A DNA stretch of 40,000 nucleotides from Yersinia phage phiR1-37. How positions within the stretch are numbered: the first letter of the stretch is position 1; each line of letters starts with the position of its first letter. This document shows positions 9,212 to 16,858 of this stretch, one piece after another. The stretch lies in the sequence record AJ972879.2; one strand, 5' to 3'. The notes beneath the pieces were generated by a model. The model worked only from the letters and a program-made list of their open reading frames with translations, was not told the origin of the DNA and did not search any database. A program made the translations under genes and the position numbers.

Positions 9212-9560
9212 ACTTCTGTCATATGGAATATATAGAGAAATCATTTCAGATCACTATTTTAAAAATCATATAGAAGCATTTAATCTCCTTATTCCAAATA
9301 ACCAACCATTTAAAGAAATCCCTAATCATTTCGGATTTACTAAAAGTATACTTTCTCTTTCTGATCTAAAATATGAATACCATTTATTGGATTACGTTAC
9401 AAATCGTAGTCCTCTTGATGAAAACAAAGTATTGAAACAAATGTATATGGTCGAATATACTAAATCTTCCCTAAAGCTTAGCAAATCTAGTTACCGATAT
9501 ATTCCTGTCATTAATTTAGACTATAATATTTCAATGATGATTCCACACTACGCTATATAG
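9180..9560 (+). CDS. hypothetical protein, 126 aa
   Basis: ORF; 32-nt overlap with the previous gene; N-terminal similarity to 8400..8813 product. Confidence 0.65.
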   Translation: MRVIQVKIRYELLSYGIYREIISDHYFKNHIEAFNLLIPNNQPFKEIPNHFGFTKSILSLSDLKYEYHLLDYVTNRSPLDENKVLKQMYMVEYTKSSLKLSKSSYRYIPVINLDYNISMMIPHYAI

Positions 9561-9566
9561 GATACT

Positions 9567-9600
9567 AGGAGAAACTTTAAAGTTTCTCCTTTATATCTTT
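9567..9600 (+). terminator. probable terminator / perfect palindrome
   Basis: 24-nt perfect palindrome AGGAGAAACTTTAAAGTTTCTCCT (9567-9590) followed by T-rich sequence. Confidence 0.5.
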
Positions 9601-9644
9601 ATTTTTATTGTACATTTTTTTAGTTAATTGAACAAAGGTGTATT

Positions 9645-10130
9645 ATGAATATATCACAATTTAATAGTATAGATACTCCTACAATTGGTAGTTTAGATGA
9701 TCATTATAAGACAACAGCCGTTAAACCTCTAGTAGTTGTACCTATAAAGAAATCCCCCACCGAAATATCTGATGTACTTAGTATAAAAGATAATAAGCTA
9801 GTTATAGATTTAGAAATGTTAGATGGTATAGAAATTAAGGGTTCTAGCCCAAAAGTAATGAAATTTTTATCAACTCTTATTCTTGAATCTGATAAGAATA
9901 TTTTCATCAATTCTAATTTTGATGATAAAGATAATCCTAAGAAGTATAAAGTATGGTTTAACACTGAAGACCCTAAAACTGGTAAACGTGTTGATAATGA
10001 AGATTTAGAAAATTATGCTGAATTACAGTATGCCTTAGAAAAAAATAGCATATCTGACTTTTCTTATAAAAATGAATGCTCATGTGGTAAATGTGGGGGT
10101 AATGATGCCAGCAGTAGTGAGGTTGGGTGA
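9645..10130 (+). CDS. hypothetical protein with Cys-rich C-terminus, 161 aa
   Basis: ORF immediately upstream of PAAR gene; ends ECSCGKCGGNDASSSEVG. Confidence 0.7.
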   Translation: MNISQFNSIDTPTIGSLDDHYKTTAVKPLVVVPIKKSPTEISDVLSIKDNKLVIDLEMLDGIEIKGSSPKVMKFLSTLILESDKNIFINSNFDDKDNPKKYKVWFNTEDPKTGKRVDNEDLENYAELQYALEKNSISDFSYKNECSCGKCGGNDASSSEVG

Positions 10131-10392
10131 TCAAGATACTGGACACGGATGCTATCCACCTAGAGCAAATAATGGTTCTTGTAGTACTGTATTTGCCGAT
10201 GGTAAACTAATACATCGTAAAGGAGACTCATGGAATGTGCATTCATGCCCTGATAATCCTCCACACGATGCAACTCTTTCAGGTGGTAGTGGAACTGTAA
10301 TGGTAGAAGGTGCCGCTGTAGGTAGAGTTGGTGATAGTGTATCATGTGGCGGTGCCGCTGCACAAGGTTCTTCAACTGTTTTTGCAGGTTAA
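10102..10392 (+). CDS. PAAR-domain spike-tip protein, about 96 aa
   Basis: M(M)PAVVRLGDQDTGHGCYPPR...HRKGDSWNVHSCPDNPPHD..LSGGSGTVMVEGAAVGRVGDSVSCGG..AQGSSTVFAG. Start moved from track's 10072 to 10102/10105, which follows a GGGGG-like RBS and matches the usual PAAR N-terminus. Confidence 0.9.
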   Translation: MMPAVVRLGDQDTGHGCYPPRANNGSCSTVFADGKLIHRKGDSWNVHSCPDNPPHDATLSGGSGTVMVEGAAVGRVGDSVSCGGAAAQGSSTVFAG

Positions 10393-10395
10393 TTT

Positions 10396-11025
10396 ATGAT
10401 TTTATCTAATGAAGAGTATTATATACATACTCAAACACGAAATATTTCCTTTATTAAAATGGCTAGGTATTTAAAAGATAGAGGTATTGAAAACTATTCC
10501 TTTATGCTTAAGCTATATGATAAAGATTTAATGAAAGTTAATCCACATGCAAGAAATCTTTCTCCCATAACTAAGAGTAAGATTATTGTAGAGTGTACAC
10601 GAAATCCTTGGTATGCCTTAAGGGAATGCTATATGATTTCTGCTCCTGGTGGTTCAAGAGTATTCTTTGAGCTTCATCCAGGTAACTTAGCTATTATATG
10701 GGCTATTCTTTTAAGTCTATCTGTTATAGTATTACTTCCTCGACAGAGAGGTAAAACTATCTCTATAGCTACTATATTATCTTACATCTTTTACTTTGGT
10801 ACCAAAAACACTGCAATGTTATTTGGTAATAAGTCTGGTAAAGATGCAGAGAACAACTTAGCACGTTTTAAAGATATTACTTTAGGTTTACCTTCTTATT
10901 TGAGAGACACATTTGTTGACTCCAAAGACACTGATAACGTAACTCAGATAGTATCAGTTAAACGTAATAACAAAATTGACATACATGGTCAGCCAGTTTC
11001 TGAAGAAGCTGCTGATAAACAGGGT
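10396..11025 (+). CDS. terL: terminase large subunit, exon 1 (ATPase N-terminal part with Walker A)
   Basis: Walker A-like LLPRQRGKT; exon ends ...EEAADKQG at 11025, where P1 of the intron begins; continues in frame at 12979 (RGMSIPFLWEDELAF). Confidence 0.9.
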
Positions 11026-11146
11026 TAACCTACGGCTCTGTATAAATTCCGTTAGATGACTGGAACCCCTTCAATCTTAAGGCAACCAGCAGTAATGAAA
11101 AACCGTATCTTGCATATAATTAAAGATATATTATTTAGGTGATAGA

Positions 11147-11174
11147 ATAATAAAGATAATGAAATCTTTATTAT
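11147..11174 (+). repeat. inverted repeat upstream of the intronic ORF
   Basis: Perfect 11-bp stem ATAATAAAGAT (11147-11157) / ATCTTTATTAT (11164-11174), 6-nt loop. Confidence 0.8.
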
Positions 11175-11207
11175 ATTAACCCATTAATTATAGCGAGGTA
11201 TTATCCT

Positions 11208-12788
11208 ATGGCTAGCATCAATTCTCTGAAAGCGAACTCTTCTCAGCTGTCTTTTTCTATGATCCGTAAAATGTTCGAAGATAAAGGTATCTTCGAAACC
11301 ATCAAAGAAATCGGCGCGGAATTCCTCGATCCAGAAAACATCGCGGAACATCGCTACATCAAGTTTAATAATACGAAATACGCTGGCGTGGTTCATCCAA
11401 GCCAGAAACGCGCATTAGCTCTTTTGAGCTTACTGGACGTGGTATCAGATGAAAATCTGGATAAAACGTTTAAACGGAACTCTCCGGTTTCCCGTGTTTT
11501 AAGCGGGTACACGTTCTATTCATATCTTTTAGAAAACATTGATCCTGAAGTCAAATCGAAAGAAATTGACGTCAAGACCATTCTGAAAGACTATGTCAAG
11601 GCAGTTTCCCTTGATTTCAAAGGTATGTCGAATTCTGCAATTCGTACAGTCCTTGAAAACACGGCTAAAAATCAAAGTGATCATATTAAAGCACTTTGGG
11701 ATTTGGCGGTTAAAGATAATAAGCTGGCAGATAAAGACTACCTGAAAGAAGAAGATCTTCGTCAGGTTCGGTCTCATCTGAGTCACGTAAATGAAGCTTT
11801 GCGTGACAACTTTGTCGGCCCTATTATGGCTAACCGGAAAATTACCGACATGGACAAACTGGTACAAGTTTGGGCTATCGGCGAACTGGCTGATGAAATC
11901 CTTAAGGAGTGCGAATCCTTAACTGATCTCACTCTGCTGTCTTCCTCCTATCCAATCAAAAAGTATTTCGAAGATATTAATACTAAATCAGAGGCTAAAC
12001 CAATGAAACACACTGCTACCACCGTACCATCTACCGCCGAATCATCATCATCATCTGTTACGGCTGCATCAGCTAAAAAAGATGATATCCTGACTGAAAC
12101 ACAGGGTATCATTAAAGACGTTAAAACCGTCATTGCTGGTGAACAGCCAGCTACTTTAGAAGTTCCTGAAGTAGCAAGCACTGTCGTTAAAGAAGAAGTG
12201 GTTACTACCACTAAAACTACTACGACCGCAATTAACGATGACGAAGCGGCTGAAGCATTAGCTGATCTTGCTGGTCTGTTTGGCGAAGTCGAAATCAGCC
12301 TGGTCTTCAGTAAAGAAGACAAAAAGCTGAGCGACATCATTTCCAAAGAAGTAACAACTCTGGAAAACCGTCTGAAAGAAGTTACTCATTTGGGTAACAC
12401 TCTGGACGGCGCTTTTGCTTCTATCCGTACTGCCAGCAGCTTGTCCGGTCGTATTGAAGGACTGCGTGATCTGGTCTTCCTGCTGTCAAAAGCTAAAACT
12501 GAAGACAACATGTCAGACAAAGCGAAAGCAAGTCTGCAAACTGTTATCGATAAGCTGAACGAAGTTATTACTGTTTCACACGCATATCAGATGGCTACCA
12601 ACGCCAAAGATAAGCGCAGTATCTTCCGTAAAGCAATCGATCTGGTCATCGGCTTCTTTGCTGGTATCATAAATGCGTTCATGCTCGTTATTCGTAAACT
12701 CATCGATTTCTTCTTTAACTGGAATTCTGATGATTACAAAAAACGTGCTCCGAGCCGTGATCCGGTAGTTGAACCTGTAGGCGTTTAA
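11208..12788 (+). CDS. intron-encoded protein of unknown function, 526 aa, no recognisable homing endonuclease motif; hydrophobic C-terminal segment
   Basis: 526-codon ORF, RBS-like GCGAGGT 8 nt upstream; C-terminal IDLVIGFFAGIINAFMLVIRKLIDFFFNW; Ser/Thr linkers; followed by a terminator. Confidence 0.9.
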   Translation: MASINSLKANSSQLSFSMIRKMFEDKGIFETIKEIGAEFLDPENIAEHRYIKFNNTKYAGVVHPSQKRALALLSLLDVVSDENLDKTFKRNSPVSRVLSGYTFYSYLLENIDPEVKSKEIDVKTILKDYVKAVSLDFKGMSNSAIRTVLENTAKNQSDHIKALWDLAVKDNKLADKDYLKEEDLRQVRSHLSHVNEALRDNFVGPIMANRKITDMDKLVQVWAIGELADEILKECESLTDLTLLSSSYPIKKYFEDINTKSEAKPMKHTATTVPSTAESSSSSVTAASAKKDDILTETQGIIKDVKTVIAGEQPATLEVPEVASTVVKEEVVTTTKTTTTAINDDEAAEALADLAGLFGEVEISLVFSKEDKKLSDIISKEVTTLENRLKEVTHLGNTLDGAFASIRTASSLSGRIEGLRDLVFLLSKAKTEDNMSDKAKASLQTVIDKLNEVITVSHAYQMATNAKDKRSIFRKAIDLVIGFFAGIINAFMLVIRKLIDFFFNWNSDDYKKRAPSRDPVVEPVGV

Positions 12789-12814
12789 GCTACAGGCGCT
12801 AGCCATAATAAAAA

Positions 12815-12839
12815 ACAGGGTAAGCCCTGTTTTTTTTTT
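12815..12839 (+). terminator. rho-independent terminator inside the terL intron
   Basis: ACAGGG (12815-12820) TAAG CCCTGT (12825-12830) plus an uninterrupted T-tract to 12839. Confidence 0.85.
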
Positions 12840-12978
12840 CATTATTCAACGACTATTTGTAGAAATCAAGCGATTTCGAAATGCGGAACATAGAAAAAAT
12901 CTATGAAGATATAGTCTAAACTTATAGGAAACTATAAGCCCTATGGTAACTATTTAGCGAATAGTTATAAATGTAAAG

Positions 12979-14394
12979 CGTGGTATGTCAATCCCCTTCC
13001 TATGGGAAGATGAGTTAGCATTCTTAAAATATAATAAAACTATCTTTGAAGCAGCAACTCCGGCAGTAAACCGTATATCGGATATTGCAGAAGCTAATGG
13101 TGCTCCACATGCTAAAATTATTTCCACTACCCCTAATAACTTAGACTCACCAGCTGGTGCTTATTGTAAAAGTACTATTGATAGCGCCTGTGTATTTATT
13201 GAAGAAATGTATGATTGGTCTCGTGAAGAAGTATTAGCCTATATTCACGATAACTCAATAAACGACTTCTTATATATTAAATATACGTGGAAACAACTTG
13301 GTTACAGTGATGATTGGTATGAGAAAGAATGTCGTTCTCTGCAGTTTAACTGGTTAACCATCAACCGTGAAATCAACTTAGTATGGACTAAATCTACTGA
13401 TAACTCTGTATTTAACGAAGAACAGTTAATGACTATATCTAAACTTCTTAAGAATGAGTCAGAAAACTTATTAATCGAAGTAACCCGTTATGATGCAGTA
13501 GTAGAAGAAGTAGTTAAGAATACTCTTAAAGTTGAATGTTTTGATGAAATGAATCCTGATAAATGTTACTTTATAGGAGTGGACGTTGCAGGTGGTCTTG
13601 ATCAAGATAACTCTACATTTGTAATGACTGACCCTACAGATAATTACAGACCAGTAGCATTCTTCAAAAACCCTAAAATTGATACTACTTTGTATTCAAG
13701 ATTTTTGACTAAGTTTATCAAAGAGTATTTCCCTAAATCAATTCTCTTTATAGAAAATAACTCATACGGTCGTGGTTTAATCACTAACTTACTTGATACT
13801 ATTCCTAAAAATATTTATTATGACTATAGTTTAACTGATAAAAACAAGACTGCTAGAAACCCTGCTACTAAAACAGATAATATCCGTTGGGGGATAAACA
13901 CTAACGAAACTACCCGTCAGTTAATGATGGATGTATTAGTTGAATTAGTAAATGATACCCCACAGATACTAGCCTATCCAGACCTATATGATGATCTACG
14001 TGGTTTAATTTATAATAAACGTGGTAAGATTGAGCATGAGCAAGGTATGCATGATGATACCTTAATGGCCTATTTAGTATTACGTTATGCGGTTCAGTAT
14101 GGTAACAACATTACTAAATTCTTGAGAGAAATTCGAGAAGGTAAAGTAAATAATGGAGTTACTAAACTTAAGAACGTAGTGAATAATAATATAGATGACC
14201 CTGCAGTAGCAAAAGGTGCAAATATCAATATTTTAGATGTAGCAACTATGGTTTCTAACGGGATGAGTGTAGAAGAAGCTATGGCTATTATAACTGGTAA
14301 AGTCGATAAAGGCGGTACTAAGATCAATAATGCTGCAGTAAATACTATGCTAAATAAAAATTTAAATTATAATTCAAAATTAAAAGGTAAATAG
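12979..14394 (+). CDS. terL: terminase large subunit, exon 2 (Walker B and nuclease domain)
   Basis: PFLWEDELAF (Walker B-like), KIISTTPN coupling motif, nuclease start GVDVAGGLDQDNST; in frame with exon 1 after splicing (681 aa total). Confidence 0.92.
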   Translation, partial: RGMSIPFLWEDELAFLKYNKTIFEAATPAVNRISDIAEANGAPHAKIISTTPNNLDSPAGAYCKSTIDSACVFIEEMYDWSREEVLAYIHDNSINDFLYIKYTWKQLGYSDDWYEKECRSLQFNWLTINREINLVWTKSTDNSVFNEEQLMTISKLLKNESENLLIEVTRYDAVVEEVVKNTLKVECFDEMNPDKCYFIGVDVAGGLDQDNSTFVMTDPTDNYRPVAFFKNPKIDTTLYSRFLTKFIKEYFPKSILFIENNSYGRGLITNLLDTIPKNIYYDYSLTDKNKTARNPATKTDNIRWGINTNETTRQLMMDVLVELVNDTPQILAYPDLYDDLRGLIYNKRGKIEHEQGMHDDTLMAYLVLRYAVQYGNNITKFLREIREGKVNNGVTKLKNVVNNNIDDPAVAKGANINILDVATMVSNGMSVEEAMAIITGKVDKGGTKINNAAVNTMLNKNLNYNSKLKGK

Positions 14395-14395
14395 T

Positions 14396-15127
14396 ATGGA
14401 ATTGGATTTTGTAAGAGAATCGTATTCTACATTAGATGGAGCTTTAGAAGATTTCTTATCTAGTAAAGCTGATTTATTTAGTTCCGCTCCAAGGAATGAT
14501 TTCCTTGAAGGATTAATGTCTAGAATTGATTCAGCTAAACTTTCTGAAGATCTTGATTCAGATGATAAAGATGAATTACAAGGTTTAGAAAGTGCATTAT
14601 ACCATAAAATCATTTCTCACTTCAGAAAGGATTATTCTATTAATGAAGAAGAAATTGCTAATATTTTTGAGAATGCTCAAATTACCAGATTCTATATTCA
14701 GAAGATTTATGATCTTTTTTATACTGGTAAACGAGAAATTCTTATTAATTTCCTAGCTAACTTTATTTTTGATAATAAAGGTGATTTTGCTAAGCAATAT
14801 AAAGCTCAAGTAAGTAAAAAAGATTATGAATATTACTCTCTTCGTAAAGATCTTTCATTGTCTAAACCTGAGTATTATTGTATTATCATTAAAGCTGTAG
14901 AAATTGTCAATGATATTTTGGAAGATACCGAGAGTTTTGACTTTAAAGAAGTACTCCTTGGTAGTGATTTAGAAGTTGAAGATGTAGAAACCGTCTATTC
15001 GTTATTTGATAGCAGTTCTGATAACTTCTCTAGATTTATCGATACTTTGATTGGAAGTATTAACCAAGACCGAATTTCTCTAGAAGTTAAAGATAAATTA
15101 GGTAATATGCTTAAAAATGCTAAGTAA
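14396..15127 (+). CDS. hypothetical protein, 243 aa
   Basis: Long ORF starting 2 nt after terL. Confidence 0.8.
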   Translation: MELDFVRESYSTLDGALEDFLSSKADLFSSAPRNDFLEGLMSRIDSAKLSEDLDSDDKDELQGLESALYHKIISHFRKDYSINEEEIANIFENAQITRFYIQKIYDLFYTGKREILINFLANFIFDNKGDFAKQYKAQVSKKDYEYYSLRKDLSLSKPEYYCIIIKAVEIVNDILEDTESFDFKEVLLGSDLEVEDVETVYSLFDSSSDNFSRFIDTLIGSINQDRISLEVKDKLGNMLKNAK

Positions 15128-15163
15128 ATAACAAAAAGTTAGATCACACAAGGATACCGAATA

Positions 15164-15970
15164 ATGTCTAATGTACCTACTCAAGAACAAATCGCTGGTT
15201 CAGTTAATGCTGTAGAACAGAAAGTGAATGATATCCCTTCTCTGGACAGTAATATGCAAGAAGCAGCTGATGAAGTAACTAAATTAGGTAAAGAGTATAC
15301 CGCTACAATTGCAAATGCAGCGCGTCATACTGCTGAAATTCTGTCAGAGTATATTGCTTCTCTTCGTAAAGAAGCTACGAATGCTATTAATGTACTCACT
15401 GCAAAAAATGCTGAAGAAGGTTTAACTGATGCTGAATCTATGGATTTAGGTGCTGCTATTATTACTAAGCAGAACATTCTAGAATTGGATACTCAGCAAC
15501 CTCTTTATCTTTTTGCCGCTCAGAATAAAGTTAGTATTGAAATCGCTAGTTGTAAACCGCGAGTACTACAAGCGTACGAAGTATTTAAACATTACTGCCG
15601 TACACGAAAACTGCGTCATGCCGACATGATGGTAGCTTTTGATATGGTAGATAAAGATTCCGAAGAATTCCATAAGTCTAAAATGGTATTTGCTTATTAT
15701 GTCTTTAAGATGTTTGAGCAGAATAAAAAGACTATGGATAATCGTATTCTTTATATGCATCTTACCACTCAGGTATTACTGACTGCATTTGCTACTAATG
15801 CATCAACTCAATTCATCGAGAAGTTTGTCAAAACTATCTATCCAGAAGTATTTACTGAAGAAATTTTCAATAAAGCTATGGATACTACTGCATTGGACTC
15901 AGAGGGAGAACTCTCTGATAAGGTTGAAGTAGATGAAGGTGAAGCTGATTCATCTTATGTAGCCCAGTAA
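15164..15970 (+). CDS. hypothetical structural protein, 268 aa
   Basis: ORF with AAGGAT RBS between terL and sheath genes. Confidence 0.8.
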   Translation: MSNVPTQEQIAGSVNAVEQKVNDIPSLDSNMQEAADEVTKLGKEYTATIANAARHTAEILSEYIASLRKEATNAINVLTAKNAEEGLTDAESMDLGAAIITKQNILELDTQQPLYLFAAQNKVSIEIASCKPRVLQAYEVFKHYCRTRKLRHADMMVAFDMVDKDSEEFHKSKMVFAYYVFKMFEQNKKTMDNRILYMHLTTQVLLTAFATNASTQFIEKFVKTIYPEVFTEEIFNKAMDTTALDSEGELSDKVEVDEGEADSSYVAQ

Positions 15971-15979
15971 AAATTAATT

Positions 15980-16020
15980 CCCCTATAGTCTGAACAAGGC
16001 TATAGGGGATTAACTCTTAT
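15980..16020 (+). terminator. intergenic hairpin (CCCCTATAG)
   Basis: CCCCTATAG (15980-15988) / CTATAGGGG (16000-16008), T-rich sequence after. Confidence 0.65.
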
Positions 16021-16041
16021 TTTTTATATAGGAATTCTAAA

Positions 16042-16740
16042 ATGGCTTCAAAAAAAGTAGAGAAATATATAGTTAAGAAAGGTACTTCTTTAGTCTGTAA
16101 ACAGGATGTAAAGATTATCATACCTAAAACTAACTTTGATAACAATCTATCTGAATTTAAAGATTCTCAGATTATAACTCAAGGTTTATTTAAAATGAGT
16201 TCACCGGATGGTAAAGATCAGTTTGAAGTTAAATTACCATTGAGCGTTAAACTTAATTTTTACGATATGACCAGTGATAGTGATAACTTCTATTTCCCAT
16301 ATAAAGAAAATGACGTTATTATCGAAGACATGGTTTTCATCCCAAACGTTAAGCAAGCTTCAGCTTTCCTTAATCTTTTAACTGCTGGTAAGATCAATAC
16401 TAATTCATTTACTGATACAGTAGATGTATTCAAAAAGTCAATGGCTTATAATAAGGTTAATATTAACGTACCTTCTGAACTAGTTGAATGTATGATTGCT
16501 GAAATGGCTCGTTATAAGAGTGATACAACTATTCCATTCAGAATAGCCTATGGTACTATTAAAGGTGTATCTGAAAGTGATTATACAATGTTTAACTATA
16601 AAGACATTGCACGTATGACATCCGTATTTGGTGCTGTATCATTTGAAGACATCAAAAAATCTATGCAGTCTGCTGTTTTCATGACACGAACCAATCAGGA
16701 TCAGACTATCACCCCTACTGAGTCTGTACTCAAGTATTAA
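16042..16740 (+). CDS. hypothetical structural protein, 232 aa
   Basis: Long ORF between terL and sheath genes. Confidence 0.8.
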   Translation: MASKKVEKYIVKKGTSLVCKQDVKIIIPKTNFDNNLSEFKDSQIITQGLFKMSSPDGKDQFEVKLPLSVKLNFYDMTSDSDNFYFPYKENDVIIEDMVFIPNVKQASAFLNLLTAGKINTNSFTDTVDVFKKSMAYNKVNINVPSELVECMIAEMARYKSDTTIPFRIAYGTIKGVSESDYTMFNYKDIARMTSVFGAVSFEDIKKSMQSAVFMTRTNQDQTITPTESVLKY

Positions 16741-16769
16741 AAATAATAAAAGCCATCCTGTTTCTGAGT

Positions 16770-16784
16770 AACATAAAAATAGAA
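16770..16784 (+). promoter_or_regulatory. candidate late promoter motif AACATAAAAATAGAA
   Basis: Upstream of the sheath gene; similar to 5681-5696. Confidence 0.3.
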
Positions 16785-16858
16785 TGTACTCATATGAAAT
16801 ATATTAGTATATAGTATTTCATTCAAGTAGTATTTCTTTTATAAAGGAAATAGAAAAG

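Larger units (their letters stand above)
11026..12978 (+). ncRNA. group I intron (IA-like) interrupting terL, 1953 nt, ORF-containing
   Basis: P1: exon CAGGGT (11020-11025) with IGS GCTCTG (11035-11040), U.G at splice site; P10: exon-2 CGTGG (12979-12983) with CTACG (11030-11034); P3 CCGTAT (11103-11108)/ATGCGG (12881-12886); P7 GACTAT (12851-12856)/ATAGTC (12911-12916); P7.1 GAAATC/GATTTC (12862-12867/12872-12877); P8 CATAGA/TCTATG (12889-12894/12900-12905); P9 CTTATAG-GAAA-CTATAAG (12921-12938); terminal hairpin TAACTATT/AATAGTTA (12947-12967); omega-G at 12978. Confidence 0.93.

Noticed and set aside
9567-9590. Long palindrome as a protein-binding operator
   Set aside because: Position after a stop codon and the T-rich continuation make a terminator the simpler explanation, although the very small loop is atypical.
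11529-12346. Antisense ORFs opposite the intronic ORF (112 and 132 aa)
   Set aside because: Composition mirrors Ser/Thr-rich coding of the sense strand (long S/V/L runs); no independent support.
11208-12788. Intronic ORF as a conventional homing endonuclease
   Set aside because: No LAGLIDADG, GIY-YIG, HNH or EDxHD pattern visible, and it lacks the zinc-ribbon repeats seen in the two recognised endonucleases here; final judgement needs a structure-based search.
12985-12987. ATG at 12985 as the start of a separate downstream terminase gene
   Set aside because: The codons immediately upstream (CGT GGT) are in frame and belong to the terminase after splicing; P1/P10 pairings place the exon-2 start at 12979.
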